Positions 1 through 12,537 of a DNA stretch of 64,000 nt are shown here, one piece after another. Made by a program: the position numbers and the translations under genes. Source of the DNA: Amphiscolops sp. MND2022 (taxonomy: Eukaryota). Under the pieces are notes generated by a model. It made no database searches, had not been told where the DNA came from, and saw only the letters and a program-made list of their open reading frames with translations. Location: NCBI GenBank assembly GCA_964187785.1, contig OZ076409.1, positions 17,424,001 through 17,488,000 of the forward strand, written 5' to 3'. Position 1 is the first letter of the stretch. Each line of letters opens with the position of its first letter.

Positions 1-558
1 CTCCCTTAAATTAAAACTAGAACTATCCCTTGCAGTGTAAGGATAACGCTGCCTGCGCTCTCACAACCCTGGAAAGAAGGGACGGATGTAGAAATGTGGT
101 TGGAATCGAAGGATGAAATTACTGAAATTGTGGATAATTAGCGGTATTAGCGTGTATATAACTATAAATAAGTCTGTATAAATTAGATGAGCCTCAGCTC
201 GCTTTGTTTCTGCAGGCTGTTGAGGATTGAAAGTGCATGGGGAGAGAAAAGGGTTGCCTAATTGCTCGGACTCCGATTGTTTCCTTAGTGGCCTCCGATT
301 GTGTTAATGTATCATTATCGCCTCTAATTGTTCCAAGTATCTATTACAGATTTAAAAAAAAACAATCAATCCTCGCTTCCTTGATTTCAAACCTTTTGTT
401 TGTTTTTTTTTTGGCATTGATGAAAAGATAGTTTTAGGAAGTTGAAGCTCTGAAATTGGAGAGTTATGTATGTTGAGCCGATCGACTCCTATTGTCCAAA
501 CAAATTTTGGTATACAAATATGTTCACTGTATTCAGTTCTCGATGCAATCGAAGTTTA

Positions 559-1032
559 AACAAGCCGGGAACGGCCCAAGTGGGCGCCATATCCAAGGCT
601 CAAAAATAGCAAAAGGACTTCAAAATTTCCAAGTATTGGTGAATTGGGGCTACTTTTATTTAAAAAATTGAAAAGTCTCACAATGCCGAAAAAACTGAAA
701 GGGAGGACCCTTTGGGATTTTTCAACATCCATTCTGTTGCAAAACTCCAAAAAAATTGCAGGGGGCCTTTCGTGGTGGAAAAAGTTTCTTTGAAAAAAAT
801 CGCACAGTGCCAAAAAAATGGACCCTTTGGTCTCGTCCGGTATTGTATGTTACGCGGGAAACCTTTTTGGTTCAGTTCCTTGGGCCAACAGGTACATTTT
901 GGCGTCTTCTGAAAATTTTGTAGACCTTTTGGTAGAACTATTTTGGTCAGTTCAGGTGGTCTTAAAAAAACACTGACGAAAAGCCATGACTGTAGTCGAC
1001 TCTTTTCTAAAGAAAAGCGCCGACTAAAAAAA
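559..1032 (-). mobile_element. Non-autonomous Helentron-like element (HINE), family 1
   Basis: Subterminal inverted repeat AGTCGGCGC/GCGCC(C)ACT, 3' GCCG..CGGC hairpin followed by TTGTT, T-rich flanks, shared AAAGGGTCCC core. Confidence 0.75.
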
Positions 1033-1719
1033 CATCCAGTGACTTTATTCTTCTGCCGGTCGGGAAACAAGGACTTATTACGGCATTGAAACGGCATGAA
1101 GCGGGAAGGTGAAAGTCAATCCTGTGTATGGGATGTTTGTTCCTCAATTGTTATTATGTAGTCAGGTGTATTCACATGCCCCCCTAATGCCCTAAATGCA
1201 GGAGCGAAGCGACGTGCCACTACTAGTTTTGCGGCTGGTTTTGACGAAGACCTATTTTCTAAATGCGGTTGTATGGATAGTCGAATGAAAGGTTTTAGTC
1301 GCCAGTTTTACGAATTGTAATTTGCACGAACAACCTGCAGTTGCTTCAAGAAAATCTATATATTTATTAATCATGATGCAATAATGATTATAAAAACTGA
1401 CAATAAAAGATTCATTTTTATTTTGTTTGAATCATTTCATTTTATGGTGGCACTGTATTGTATTTGGTCTTCGAACAGTTACTAAAAGTTACTGCAAAAC
1501 AACTAGAGGTCTAACTAAACTTAGACGTCTTTTTGCGCATCGCGTATCATTTTCAAGAGGGGCCACGTCACATGTACAACTTTAGAGCATCTCGTCTTGT
1601 TTTTTCATGCTGTGATGTGTGAATAATTTTGTTGTCAAGTGATGGAGAAAAGCATTTGCTATTCAAGATCAACAAGTGACACCGTTGTGTTGTACTAGCT
1701 TCGTTTAACATTCTCACAA

Positions 1720-2190
1720 GGATTGCTATTCATTATTCCGAAAATAATTTACAGTTCCATTATCCCGAAAATAAATTTACCGTTCCATTATTCCGAAAAT
1801 AAATTTACCGTTCCATCATTCCGAAAAGTTATTTGAAGAGGTTAGCATATTTGTTGTATGGCTCGGTCGCTTCGCTCCCTTCGCCAAGTAGCAACATCGA
1901 GGCACGGCCATATGGCACGTCGCTCCGCTTCGCTTCGCTCCTGCATTTAGGGCACTAGGGGTATGTGAACATAGCTGATTACATTATCGTAATTAGTTCA
2001 CCGCTTGTGCTGTATTCATTTTATTGGAATGTGATCGGTTCATTGAATGAAATTTTATCGCGTGACTATGACGCGCAGTATTTACTGTGTAAACTTTTTC
2101 GGAATTTTGGAACTCAATATTTATTTTCGGAATAATGGAACGTAAATTTATTTTCGGAATAATGGTGCTTCGGAATAATGGAACGACTCC
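1720..2190. mobile_element. Foldback MITE (MULE/Merlin-like) with tandemly repeated TIR units TTCCATTATTCCGAAAATAAAT
   Basis: Inverted arrays at 1725-1827 and 2095-2190. Direct repeat CTCACAA(G) flanks both sides. Confidence 0.7.
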
Positions 2191-2273
2191 CTCACAAGTC
2201 TTGCCAGATGTGAATGAAACGGCGGCCCCACTCGTGTTGTTTGACTCTTTTTGTTGTTGCATTGAGATGAAAG

Positions 2274-5200
2274 TTCCCACGTTGTCAACTGGTCATCTTG
2301 ATTCACACTGTCATGGGTTCTCTCGAACATGTTGTATTAAAGCATTGTCTATGAGTGTACAGTATAGTATACTCACAGTGCGACAATGACACAGCAGTCA
2401 AAAACGTGGACCGGAAAATCTGTTGCTGAAAAATCTCACAGATTCTAAAGTGAATTATCTTTTAGTATGAAGCCGTTATTTTAAGTGAAGCAAAAAAGTG
2501 AGTCCCCTATATAATATAGTTTGCCATTTCAGTAGTGCTGTTTTATGTAATGTTTGCTGCTATGAGAAAGTTTTCGATCAGAAAACCAAAGTGCCGCCCA
2601 GTTTGCATTGATTGAGGTTTTTGTCACGAACAGTTTCGTTTTCTGAGGCAGTAGTCAGTTTCTTGTTCTAAAGTGGCTTCAGTTTCTTGTTTTTCTCAGA
2701 TTCTGTCATACTTTAAATGTTTGCGATGAGAACCTTGAAACCTTTGAGCTGTTGTTTTGAGTTTTGTTCTTAAAATATTTGTGCGAACTGCTGTTTTCTC
2801 TGGTTTGTGCTGAGTCACCTAAAACGGTTTCTTCTCACATGATTAATCAGTTTAACTCATGTTGGTTGATACGTACATATGTATTTGATTAATTTGTTAT
2901 CAATATTAATAATAATAAAACAGGCCCAGTACCTCGACAGTAAACAGTGTTCAAACAGATTCTGTCAATATTGTAGAAGTGAATTCACCAAGGGGTCTCG
3001 TCCCGGCCAGTATTGCAAATGTTGCACTTCGTGAGAACTGCAAATGAAATGCACATGTTGGCATCTTGTGTAAATGTGAAGTCGTGGGAATTTCTCTCAT
3101 CTGCTGTTTATAAAATATTGCGATAGTTCCATTCAAAATACACTTCAATAAAACAACTCAACAGGCAATAAACTAAGCAACAGAGCGAAACAACACCCGA
3201 TAAAAAACAATTTAGCTTAATTTTGTCTGGGTTAAGCTGAATTTATGATTAAACTTATTTAGCGAAGACTGATAATATACATTTAGGATTGGGAGGATTA
3301 AATGTTTATGAAGTTTTTGATATATTGTAGATAATAATTATTGATTTGAATAATGTTATTTAGTAATCATGAGGTTGCATATCACTACTAGCTGGAAGGT
3401 CTGGACTACAGGTTTTTTGTACAATTGAATTTTTTTGTTAAATTCCATTAGTGTCTTTTTAGTCGGCGCTTCATGAAGTGAAACGCGACTATTATAGTGG
3501 CTTTTCTTTTTAGTCGGCGCTTCATGAAGTGAAACGCGACTATTATAGTGGCTTTTCTTTTTAGTCGGCGCTTCATGAAGTGAAACGCGACTATTATAGT
3601 GGCTTTTCTTTTTAGTCGGCGCTTCATGAAGTGAAACGCGACTATTATAGTGACTTTTTAGTCGGCGCTTCATGAAGTGAAACGCGACTATTATAGTGAC
3701 TCTTTTTTTTTCTATCCACACGAACTGACCAAAATAGTTCTACAAAAGTTCTACAAAATATTATTGCACCAAAATGCACTATTTGGTCTAGCGAACTGAA
3801 CCAAAATGGTTTTACCTGTTTTTCCGCGTAACATACCATACCGGGCGAGACCAAAGACTCCCCCCTTTCATTTTTTTTCGGCACTGCGAGACATTTTTTT
3901 CGGAATTTTTTTTTTCGAAATTTTTTTCCCCAAAGGGTCCCCCCTGCATTTTTTTGATGTTTTGCGACAGAATGGATGTTAAAAAACCTCAAAGGGTCCC
4001 CCTTTCAGTTTTTTTCGGCATTGTGAGATTTTTTTCCCGAAAATGAAAAAAATTTTTTTCTTCAATTTTTTCATGTTTTGCGACAGAATGGATGTTGAAA
4101 AACCTCAAAGGGTCCCCCCTTTCAGTTTTTCGGCATTGTGAGACTTTTTTTTCCTAAAATTTTTTTCTCCAAAGGGTCCCCTTTCAATTTTTTTGATATT
4201 TTACAACAAATTGGGTGTTTAAAATCCCAAAGTGTCCCCCTTTCAGTTTTTCGGCATTGTGAGATTTTTTCGAAAATTTGTTTCTTCTCCGAAGGGTCCC
4301 CCCTTCAACTGCGACAAAAATGTTGACAATTTCGGAAGTGTCCCCCTTTTAGCGCGCCAGTCGGTCCATTTTTTTTGAGTATGTAATTTTCGATTTTCGA
4401 GTACTGTAAAAGAGAATACTTGACATTTGGAAGTCTTTTAGCTATTTTTGAGCCTTGGATATGGCGCCGACTTGGGCCGGTCCCGGCTTGTTATTTTTCA
4501 CATTACTTTACCTGAATCTACAAATGGAATTTTTCACTCGGCAAACATTGTTGTATTGATAAATTTTGAATTTTTTTCTTCCTTTTTTCTTTGCTATGGC
4601 ACATAACACCTTGTATTTCATGTATTGTATGAGCATGGTTCGAGTTTAGCAAGTGTAAAAACAAGTTGGCGAGACAAATCGAGGCAACCTGTAGATAGTT
4701 TTGTTGACTTGGTTTGTAGATTCTTTGACTGATAGATGCATTACCCCGTTCCCGCAAAATATTAGTTAGGCTTTGAACTTGCCTGAACTTCCCAGACGAG
4801 TACAGAGATGATTGCTAGGGTTCTAATTTATCAGTGGGAAAGTAAACAAAGCACAGTTTCCTGAATAAATTAGATGCTTATTCTGACATGGACTCATGCT
4901 GGCTCGCTTCATTAATTTATTTCTACGATTATCATTTTCTTTGTCTCTGAATTAGATCTCAGCAATTAGTTGGTATAAACTAATCTGACTTGATCAGTCG
5001 AACTTCTTTGAACTTACCACTTTGAAGTACCTTTTCTAGAGCGCTTTTTCCCTTTTCATGTCATTTCTCGTCATAATTTGCATTGAGAGTCAGGGACCAT
5101 TTCAACTGGTATTACCTTGTGAATCAAGTGCCACTTTTGACTTATATATCTAAATTGACCTTTTCAGTTGGGTAAAATTATGGGAAGCATAAATTGTGTG

Positions 5201-5907
5201 TTAGTTACCTGCCGCAGGCATCGGCCCAAAAGTGTTTTCCCAGCCAACTTGGGGCTCATTATCTCAAATATTGCAAACGACAGGCGCCAAAACTAGCAAA
5301 CAAGCTAAAGAAATCAACGCCGAATTTGACGATAGACAAAACATGGCGGAAAGAAAGTCTGACAAATTTTTTTATTTTCACCCCCCTTTCTCAATTCCGA
5401 ACTTAGTTACCTTTGTAATCTGTGGTCTTTGGAAAAGAATTGAAATTCACAAAGTCCCCTGCTTCTAAAATACAAAGTACAGTACTGTCCAATAAATTTT
5501 GAATTCATTCACACAGTTGAGTTGCGTTGCGAGAAACGTGCGCATTTAGATTAGAAGTTACATTGTATTCTATTGTATTTTTGTTGTGATTAGTGTGAAA
5601 ATTCTCATTAGGCAGGGTTCTTGGATTTATATCACGTTTTATTTGAATTGGAGAATTAGCTCTGTGAACAACTGCAGCCCGCAACAAAATCTCACGCGAC
5701 TTCAGCTGCTGCTGCCGCCGTCACGCCTGCACTTACATTTTGCCTCAATCCTATTGGCTGCCTTGTATCATTCGGTTTTACAACTGCTATTCGTACACGC
5801 ATTAACAAGCAGTACATTCCTCATTCGTCTGTACAGTTACTACACGACTTGCCGGCATTGAAAAGTGTTCACGAGAAATTGAACATATTTCATATTTCGT
5901 TCCCACG
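2274..5907. promoter_or_regulatory. Cluster of CSL/Su(H)/RBPJ-type motifs upstream of the NRARP-like ORF
   Basis: CGTGGGAA at 2274-2281(-), 3083-3090(+) and 5900-5907(-); CGTGAGAA 3030-3037(+); TGTGAGAA 2832-2839(-); GTGGGAA 4834-4840(+); TATGGGAA 5179-5186(+). Confidence 0.5.
3456..4492 (+). mobile_element. HINE family 1, young copy with five tandem 5' termini
   Basis: AGTCGGCGC starts at 3461, 3512, 3563, 3614 and 3660. 3' end is GGCGCCGACT-TGG-GCCGG-TC-CCGGC-TTGTT. Closely similar to 33003-33695. Confidence 0.85.
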
Positions 5908-6364
5908 CGAGCACTTAAAAGACTCAAAATAAAGCGCATTTTCAGCGGTTTTGTGCAATTTCAGATACAAACCATTTTTACTTCAGTTAGTCAAATCCCC
6001 ATATATTTTTAATCGATTCCTGTCGTTAAAGAATCTCCCATCGAATCAGAAACAAGCACAACCACTTGGTTTCACTTCATACGAAATACTTCGATTGCTG
6101 TTTTTATATTTTTTCAGTTCAGTTACGACGCTTTTAAATACCGCTGGATATTTAAATACCATTAGTTTTTACGATTGTTTCTCCGTGCTTGCTGATGTTG
6201 AAAAAAACATTAGTGGAGAAAATTCTACCACAGCCACATTTTACCACACATTAATTATCATCTGCTTTTTGCTTTACTTGAAACAATTCTTTTGCAGATA
6301 AAGCGTTTTAGCTTCTCCTCTATTTTGGAGCCAATCTTAAATTTACTCAGTTCATTTGCAAGTT

Positions 6365-6721
6365 ATGGTTCCTCATCAAATTATGCCTTTATCTCCTTTA
6401 CAACCGCAGATCAACGGCCTCGTGGATTTCTCAGTGCAACAGAACTTCTTCAATGTTATGAAGCAGCGAGTTGAAGATTTGCAAGACTTTTTATCAGTTC
6501 ATGGCGACAGAGTTGATTTGGATGCGATTGAACGTAGAACAGGCTTCACAGCTCTTTCAATGGCCAGTATAGAGGGCAGTATTCGAAAGGTGAAGAAGCT
6601 GTTGAAAATGGGAGCGGAGCCTTTGAAAGTTGATTACCATGGTTATTGTTGCGTACATTATGCCGCCGCTTACGATCACATAGAGTTACTGCAGTTTTTA
6701 ATCAGAAACGGAATTTGCTGA
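6365..6721 (+). CDS. NRARP: Small ankyrin-repeat protein (118 aa), NRARP-like (Notch-regulated ankyrin repeat protein)
   Basis: Uninterrupted ORF with two clear ankyrin repeats (GFTALSMASIEGS...KLLKMGA; GYCCVHYAAAYDHIELLQFLI) preceded by a degenerate one (QQNFFNVMKQ..EDLQDFL). Size and layout match NRARP as I recall it. CSL motifs lie upstream. Confidence 0.65.
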   Translation: MVPHQIMPLSPLQPQINGLVDFSVQQNFFNVMKQRVEDLQDFLSVHGDRVDLDAIERRTGFTALSMASIEGSIRKVKKLLKMGAEPLKVDYHGYCCVHYAAAYDHIELLQFLIRNGIC

Positions 6722-7288
6722 AAACTGCTGTTGGTTACGGTGAATAATTTTGACAAGTTTTCCCATTTGATTGGAAGAAACAAAAGAAAGAGGAGACGCT
6801 TCGAAGGTTATTCGAGATTGAGTTGTCACCCAATGAAAGGTGATACCCAATACCGACCAACTGGCGTAAACTCGCAGTTTTAATAGACGATCAAGCAAGC
6901 AACTGATTGACGATGGCGAAGTTTTGTTGAAAACCCGATTACGTTGAAACCAGTTGTGGAAGATGAATGAACTAATTCAGTTGGAAATGACAATTTAAAT
7001 TACTTTTATTTTTGTGCAAAGTGCTATTTGAACATTCTGAATTGAAAAGATTATTTCATCTAAACATTTTTTCCTGTATATTTCAGCACATTTTAGGCGA
7101 GTCCTAGTATAAATTATGGTGGAAGTTCAATAAAGGAGCGGTTAATCAATTGATTTACCTATCCCAAAATTTGGATATCAAAAGATGTCTGTATAGCTCA
7201 TGAGCTGTTACATGAAGGCCTCATTCAGCCAAAGTCAGCTGCGTATTTTGTGAGAAGATGTGCCCGACTTACAGTGACTAGTCTTCTC

Positions 7289-8033
7289 AGTCGGCGCATT
7301 TCAGTTGAAAATTAATGCGACTGTTACAGTGGCTAGTTTTTTGTCAGATAACAGAATGTATGCGTAGTGGACACTTTTTACAGAAACTACTAAATTTACT
7401 AAACTACTGTACCTGCCAAGTCTGGCCAGCGAAAACGAATCTAAGTTAGTGCAAAAGGTCCCCACTCATTTTTCATTTTTTAGCGTAATATACAAAAAAC
7501 CGAACGAGACTAAAGGGTCCCCCTTTCACTTTTTTGGGCACTGAGACGTCTTTTCGAATTTTTTCAATGTCTCCAAAGTTTTCCCCTTCAATTTTTGTGG
7601 TATTTTGCAGCAGAATGGCTGTTTTAAAAAATCCCGAAGGGTCCCCTTGTCTACATTTTTCGGCACTATGAGACTGTTCCAAATTCTCATTTGTCTGATT
7701 TTAGGTTTTCGCAATATATATCCACCAGTAGTCTTTTCAATTCTATCCGAATTTTTGACGTTATATCCGAATTATACTGCGTTTTACTAAGGGGGAAGCG
7801 GAGGATCGAACTTATTGTGCTGTATCCGAATTTTGATTTTATATCCGAAGTAAATTGCGCTTTACTCAGAAAGAGGCCGAGGTTGGGAAAAAGCGCTCCC
7901 ATAGAGCCCAGTTCTCTATATCCGAACTTTTGAAGCGTTTTCCGAGCACGAAAGTCGACCTGAGCATTTTTTTGAAACTTTGCGCTTTTTGAGCATTAAG
8001 TGTAGCGCCGACTTGAGACGTTCCCGTCTTGTT
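7289..8033 (+). mobile_element. HINE family 1 with an internal TATCCGAA repeat module (~7744-7930)
   Basis: 5' AGTCGGCGC...TGCGACT; 3' GCGCCGACT plus GACG-TTCC-CGTC hairpin plus TTGTT. Confidence 0.75.
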
Positions 8034-9319
8034 TCTCATCAAATCGCACAATGCATCTGAATGGTCCACTTTTCAACAGGCTTTCACGCTAAAGTCCCAT
8101 CGCTTTGCCTCATGGTTAGGGTGCGTGCTTCGCAAGCCAGAGGTTTTGGATTCGAATCCCGCTCAGCCATTTTTCATTCTTTTCAAGTTTAGCCAAAACT
8201 AGTCAGTTCAAAAAGTTTTTCATAAGCTCAAAGGGTACTCCATTTGAAAAATTTTCGACACTGACTTTTGCCTTTAAAAATGTCCCTGGGCAAACTAGAA
8301 GACTTAGCGCTTTCTGAGCCTTTATCGGGGTGCTAACTTGAGGCGTTCTCGTTAAATCTTAGCTTTGCCTCAAACCATAGCTCACGTTTCTCACTATATG
8401 GTGATTTGAGACAAATCAAGGCAGCGTAACTCAGCTCCTTTATCCATTATCAGTATCATTTTACAGAGCCTTCATTTTTCCGCTGCTGCAAAGTTCCCCT
8501 TTTATGACCGCTCATATTCTTCAGCGGTGAATAAATATGGAATTTAAATGATGTCTAATTATTTTTTGAAGCAAAATTGTTTTTCAAAAAATTGTTGAAA
8601 AATTATGTCTTGATCGTTCTCATAACATTCTAGGCTTTATGCGAAGTTTATGGGAATTTCACATAAATGTTGCCATTCGGAAATGGCGTTTTTTTTAAAA
8701 AGGTTATCTTTGTCAGACACTGCTATGCAAGGCGCCGTATTTGTTTTCAAAGGAAAATGAAATAGATAGCTTCAATCAGTCATTTTATGAGAAATATAAC
8801 GGTTCCATTAAATGAGAATTAAATGGATCAATTATATTTGTCATCACCGGGGTACTTATATTTGGGAAGAAATGTTTCCGACATCGCTCGAAAAATGCAG
8901 TTTTTAACAAAATAATGCTATTTCCTGTCGGAACGACATTTGTTTTGCAATATCAAGAGTGCTTGAGATACAGTGCCCCAAATGGTTGCTACCGATCAAC
9001 TTTTAATGTTACGTCGTGAAAATTGTAAAATGTCTTCAGCAGTGATTTGATCGCTTGAAATTTTGCCACATATGGTTTCCAACGCTTGATTTTTCTTCAA
9101 CTTGGGCTGTGTCGGTTACGAAAAATTTAATTGAGGAGAATTTCAACCTGATGAATAAAAAAAAGAACGTTCTCCGAAAGAACAACTTCGCTAATGTTAC
9201 TTTATAATTCGCAGTTCGAGTTAAGTCTTGATTGCGGCCGTCCTCCATATACAGCGATCAGTTTCAACATGTGAATTGCACTCTTTTTGCCTTACAATAT
9301 TTAATATTATAGAAACAAT

Positions 9320-10430
9320 TATATTTCTATGGTTACAGGGGACCAAGTTTCGACATTTTGAGCGATTATTTCAGAAATAGACTCCAATATAAACAGACTG
9401 ATCGTACAAACACTAGCACAAGAAAATAACTATTTATTACTGGTGTGCCTCAGGGCTCGATCTTGGGCCATTCATGTTCTTGATTTATTATTATTTCTGC
9501 GATAGCAGGAATAATATAGAAATCTGGAAGATGCAACTTTTTTTCAGCCGACTTCTGTTCGTGATCCGAGTACCTACAGAAAAATTCAGATGTTTTGTTC
9601 GGTAGTGGAAATATAAGCATGAGATTTAAATTTCTTGAGCTGCCGACGGCAATTTGTTTTTCGTGCGACGAATTGAGCGAGTGGTAATTACGCTTTCGTA
9701 CGCCGAGTTACTGAGATGAAGCGAGCGAGTGGTATTTTTTCGTTCGCCGAGATCTTCGCCTGCATTCAAATGCGAATGCGAAACTTCGTCTACGCTTAGT
9801 AATTATATTTTCCTTTGTCCGAGAAAAATTAAATGCGGTGTAAACTGGTACAGTGATTAATTGTGCGCTGTATATTGAAAAAACAGGAGTGTTTTGCTTT
9901 TCCAGATATGCTTCTATTATTGAAGATGAAAGCCTAAAAGCAGAAATATTACTGTGCCCCGCAGGGCCTATTTCATAAATGACTTGCCTTCATATATTGA
10001 AAGTGATAACAAAATTGCCATTTTCACAGATGATACTTCTATTTTGAAGGCAGGTCCAGGAAACGAGTGCAACTCACAAACGCATTTAGATCGAAAACGC
10101 AATTGCTTTTCTCAACAACAAACTGTCTTTGACGTTTCCTTAATGTGAAGTTATGAGCTTCAAAAATGGTATAACCAAGAACTTGATGCTATTGAACGAG
10201 AAACTTCCTTGGCGAAACGCTTCAAAAGATCTAATATGAATTCCCTTGTTGTGATCATATTCAATACGTCATCAAAAATTCAATGAATTCAGGGGATTGA
10301 TTAACGAGGTCCGTGAGGTCTTCCTCATAATGTTCCTTTTGTTCTGCAATTCCTATCGGTTTCCTTTCGGTTACGGATATATGGAAATGCAGCGAAAACC
10401 AATCTCGGAAAAATAGAGGAAGCACATAAC
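9320..10430 (+). pseudogene. Degraded non-LTR (LINE) reverse transcriptase fragment, split by a HINE
   Basis: TGVPQGSILGP at ~9439-9470, resuming as INDLP...IAIFTDDTSI after 9973. Frameshifted. Confidence 0.75.
9490..9973 (+). mobile_element. HINE, terminus type TATTTCTGC/GCAGAAATA
   Basis: 5' TATTTCTGC-GATA-GCAGGAATA hairpin (9492-9513). 3' GCAGAAATA (9940-9948) followed by hairpin GCCC-CGCA-GGGC. Interrupts the LINE RT at a T-run. A related 3' end lies at ~19139-19173. Confidence 0.7.
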
Positions 10431-11100
10431 AAGACGGGAACGTCTAAAGTCGGCGCTGTATCTAAGGCTCGAAAAACGCAGATTTGAAATATGGGTAGAA
10501 CGTTTTCATGAAAAACTCTGTTTTCGGACCTCCGCTCCCTCCTCACAAAAGCGCAATATCGTTCGGATATAACGTCAAACGTTCGGATATAGCGCTTAAT
10601 TCCGGATATTACGAGGCGGGACTGCAGTAAAATCGAAGGGCGACCCTTTGGAGACAGAAAAATCGAAAAAAAATTGAAAGGGGGACGGACTCTTCAGACT
10701 CGTCCTGTTTTTGCACATGACGAAGTCAATGTGCATTGCAGTCCAGCTAAGAAAGTTTTTTTTTCCACAATAGTCAACTTCATAATGAGCGCTTTTTAGA
10801 ATAAAGCCAAAACCCCAGAGAGATTCGAACCTGCAGCCTCCCGATTGCACGGCATAAGTGTTGACCACTGTGCCATAGGGACGTTATTGAACAAAGTTGA
10901 ACTGTTGAATATATACGAATTGAACAAAGTTGAACTGTTGAATATATACGCATGCGATTAAAATAATATATATACGCATATTAAAATAATCTATGTCTTC
11001 GTCATGTGTTGCGAAGCACCGCTTCGCCTCTATGTGTATGTTACGTTTAAAAAGTAAAAAATGAAAGGGGGACCCTTTGCAATAAAAGTGAGTGTGTTTG
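10428..11100 (-). mobile_element. HINE family 1 (5'-truncated) hosting a nested HINE
   Basis: 3' end AACAAGACGGGAACGTC..AGTCGGCGC at 10428. The core sequence resumes (TGTATGTTACG) after the nested element. Confidence 0.65.
10710..11035 (+). mobile_element. Nested HINE, terminus type CACATGACGAAG/CTTCGTCATGTG, containing a tRNA-like cassette on the minus strand
   Basis: 12-bp subterminal inverted repeat at 10714-10725 and 10997-11008. Hairpin GCGAAGC-ACC-GCTTCGC at 11011-11027. A box TGGCACAGTGG and B box GGTTCGAATC at 10813-10881(-). Confidence 0.7.
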
Positions 11101-11790
11101 TTTTGGATGTACGCTCAAACGAAACAACTTTCGATTATATCTAATGGACTTCTACAGAGAGCTTATCAAGAAATTAGGAATGGACTCTCCCCCATCCAGT
11201 TACTGGAGAACGTCAATGTTCCCATTTTACATGAATTAGCCAACATGTATTCCTAACAATTACCTACAGTCGCACTGTTACGAAAGTAGGTTGAAAGTAG
11301 ATAGCTCTTTTCCAAATGAACTTTCTTCCAAGTCTTCCTTGCGGTCATCCATATACAGCAATCAGTTTCCACGTGTTAAATTTCACTCTTTTTGCCTCAC
11401 TTAGGAAGAATCGAACCGGGAAAACTGAACCTCACTTAGGAAGAGGACCGGAATCGGTAGCTAATACGAAAAAAGCGCGGCAACGTTTGGATCCGCTGAC
11501 GCTTGCTCCGCTTTTTTGACCAATACTATAAGTGTTGAAATCACAGATCGTTAGTCGGTCGGATTGAACTTCGTTTCGCTCAACAAATTGTTTGTGGACC
11601 AACAGGCTGCTAGAGCTTCAGTATCTCAGGCCAAACTGTTAAAATAATCCAGAAAATTCAACTCAAAAGTCGCACGTTACTGTCGACTAGGAAAGTGGTT
11701 TCCTGCAACTATGAATCATCGTTTTTGGAATATTCTCATGGTTTGGTTTAATAGGCGTAGTTGAAAACGATGTGCGACAAAGCTGAAATT

Positions 11791-12295
11791 AACAAGCCGG
11801 GAACAGCCCAAGTCGGCGCCATATCTAAGGCTCAAAAAGACTCGAAAACCACTTTTCCTACAACTGGAGACAACAAAAGCTCTCAAAAAACTAAAAATTG
11901 AGAAAATTTTTTTGAAGTTTCCAGTAAATCGCATAGTGCCAAAAAATCTAAAAAGGGAACTCTTTAGGATTTTTTGAACATCCATTCTGTTGCAAAATAT
12001 CAAAAATTGATGAAAGAACAATAAAAAAATTTCGGAAAAAGAGAAATTTGAACAGTCTCAAAGTGCGGAAAAAGGGGAAGTCTCATAGTGTCGAAAAAAG
12101 TGGACAGGGGACCCTTCTGCTTTGGAATGGCTTTTTATCTCATGTTAGAGGCTTTGGATGCGTTGAAAATGAAGTACTAAGTACATGTGGTAAAAGTGCA
12201 TTAATGCACAAAAAGTGGACCGATCGCGTTGAACTGACGAAAAAAAACTAGCCACTGTAAGAGTCGGGATTTTCTTCGAAAACGCCGACTAAAAA
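11791..12295 (-). mobile_element. HINE family 1, complete
   Basis: Both termini present (AACAAGCCGGGAACAGCCCAAGTCGGCGCC ... CGCCGACTAAAAA). Confidence 0.8.
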
Positions 12296-12409
12296 TACGC
12301 AAATTTGGAATTGGTCGGTCAGTTTACTTCTTTTTCACTTGCCTATTCCATGTGAAGGCTTGTTTGTGTTTTAAAACCAAGCTTAAAAAGATTTTCAACT
12401 CAACAGTTA

Positions 12410-12537
12410 ACAAACTTTTACATTAACCCCGCTAGCATATCAATTATTTTCAGTTTTTGCTGCATTAGGGAAATTTCCCTAATGCAGCAAAAACTGAAAA
12501 TAATTGATATGCAAGCGGGGTTAATGTAAAAGTTTGT
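12410..12537. repeat. 128-bp spacerless palindrome (one mismatch)
   Basis: 64-bp arms centred on AGGGAAA|TTTCCCT. Confidence 0.95.

Noticed and set aside
1..500. Possible decayed retroelement or exon at the window start
   Set aside because: No motif I could identify with confidence.
3456..3705. Regularly spaced palindromic repeats resembling a CRISPR array
   Set aside because: There are no unique spacers and no cas genes, and the context is eukaryotic. The unit is the HINE 5' end.
556..4326. Phe/Lys-rich ORFs (also at 7473-8069, 11716-12251, 33084-33865, 35483-35984, 46898-47325, 58093-58834)
   Set aside because: They are chance frames in HINE repeats with no domain motifs.
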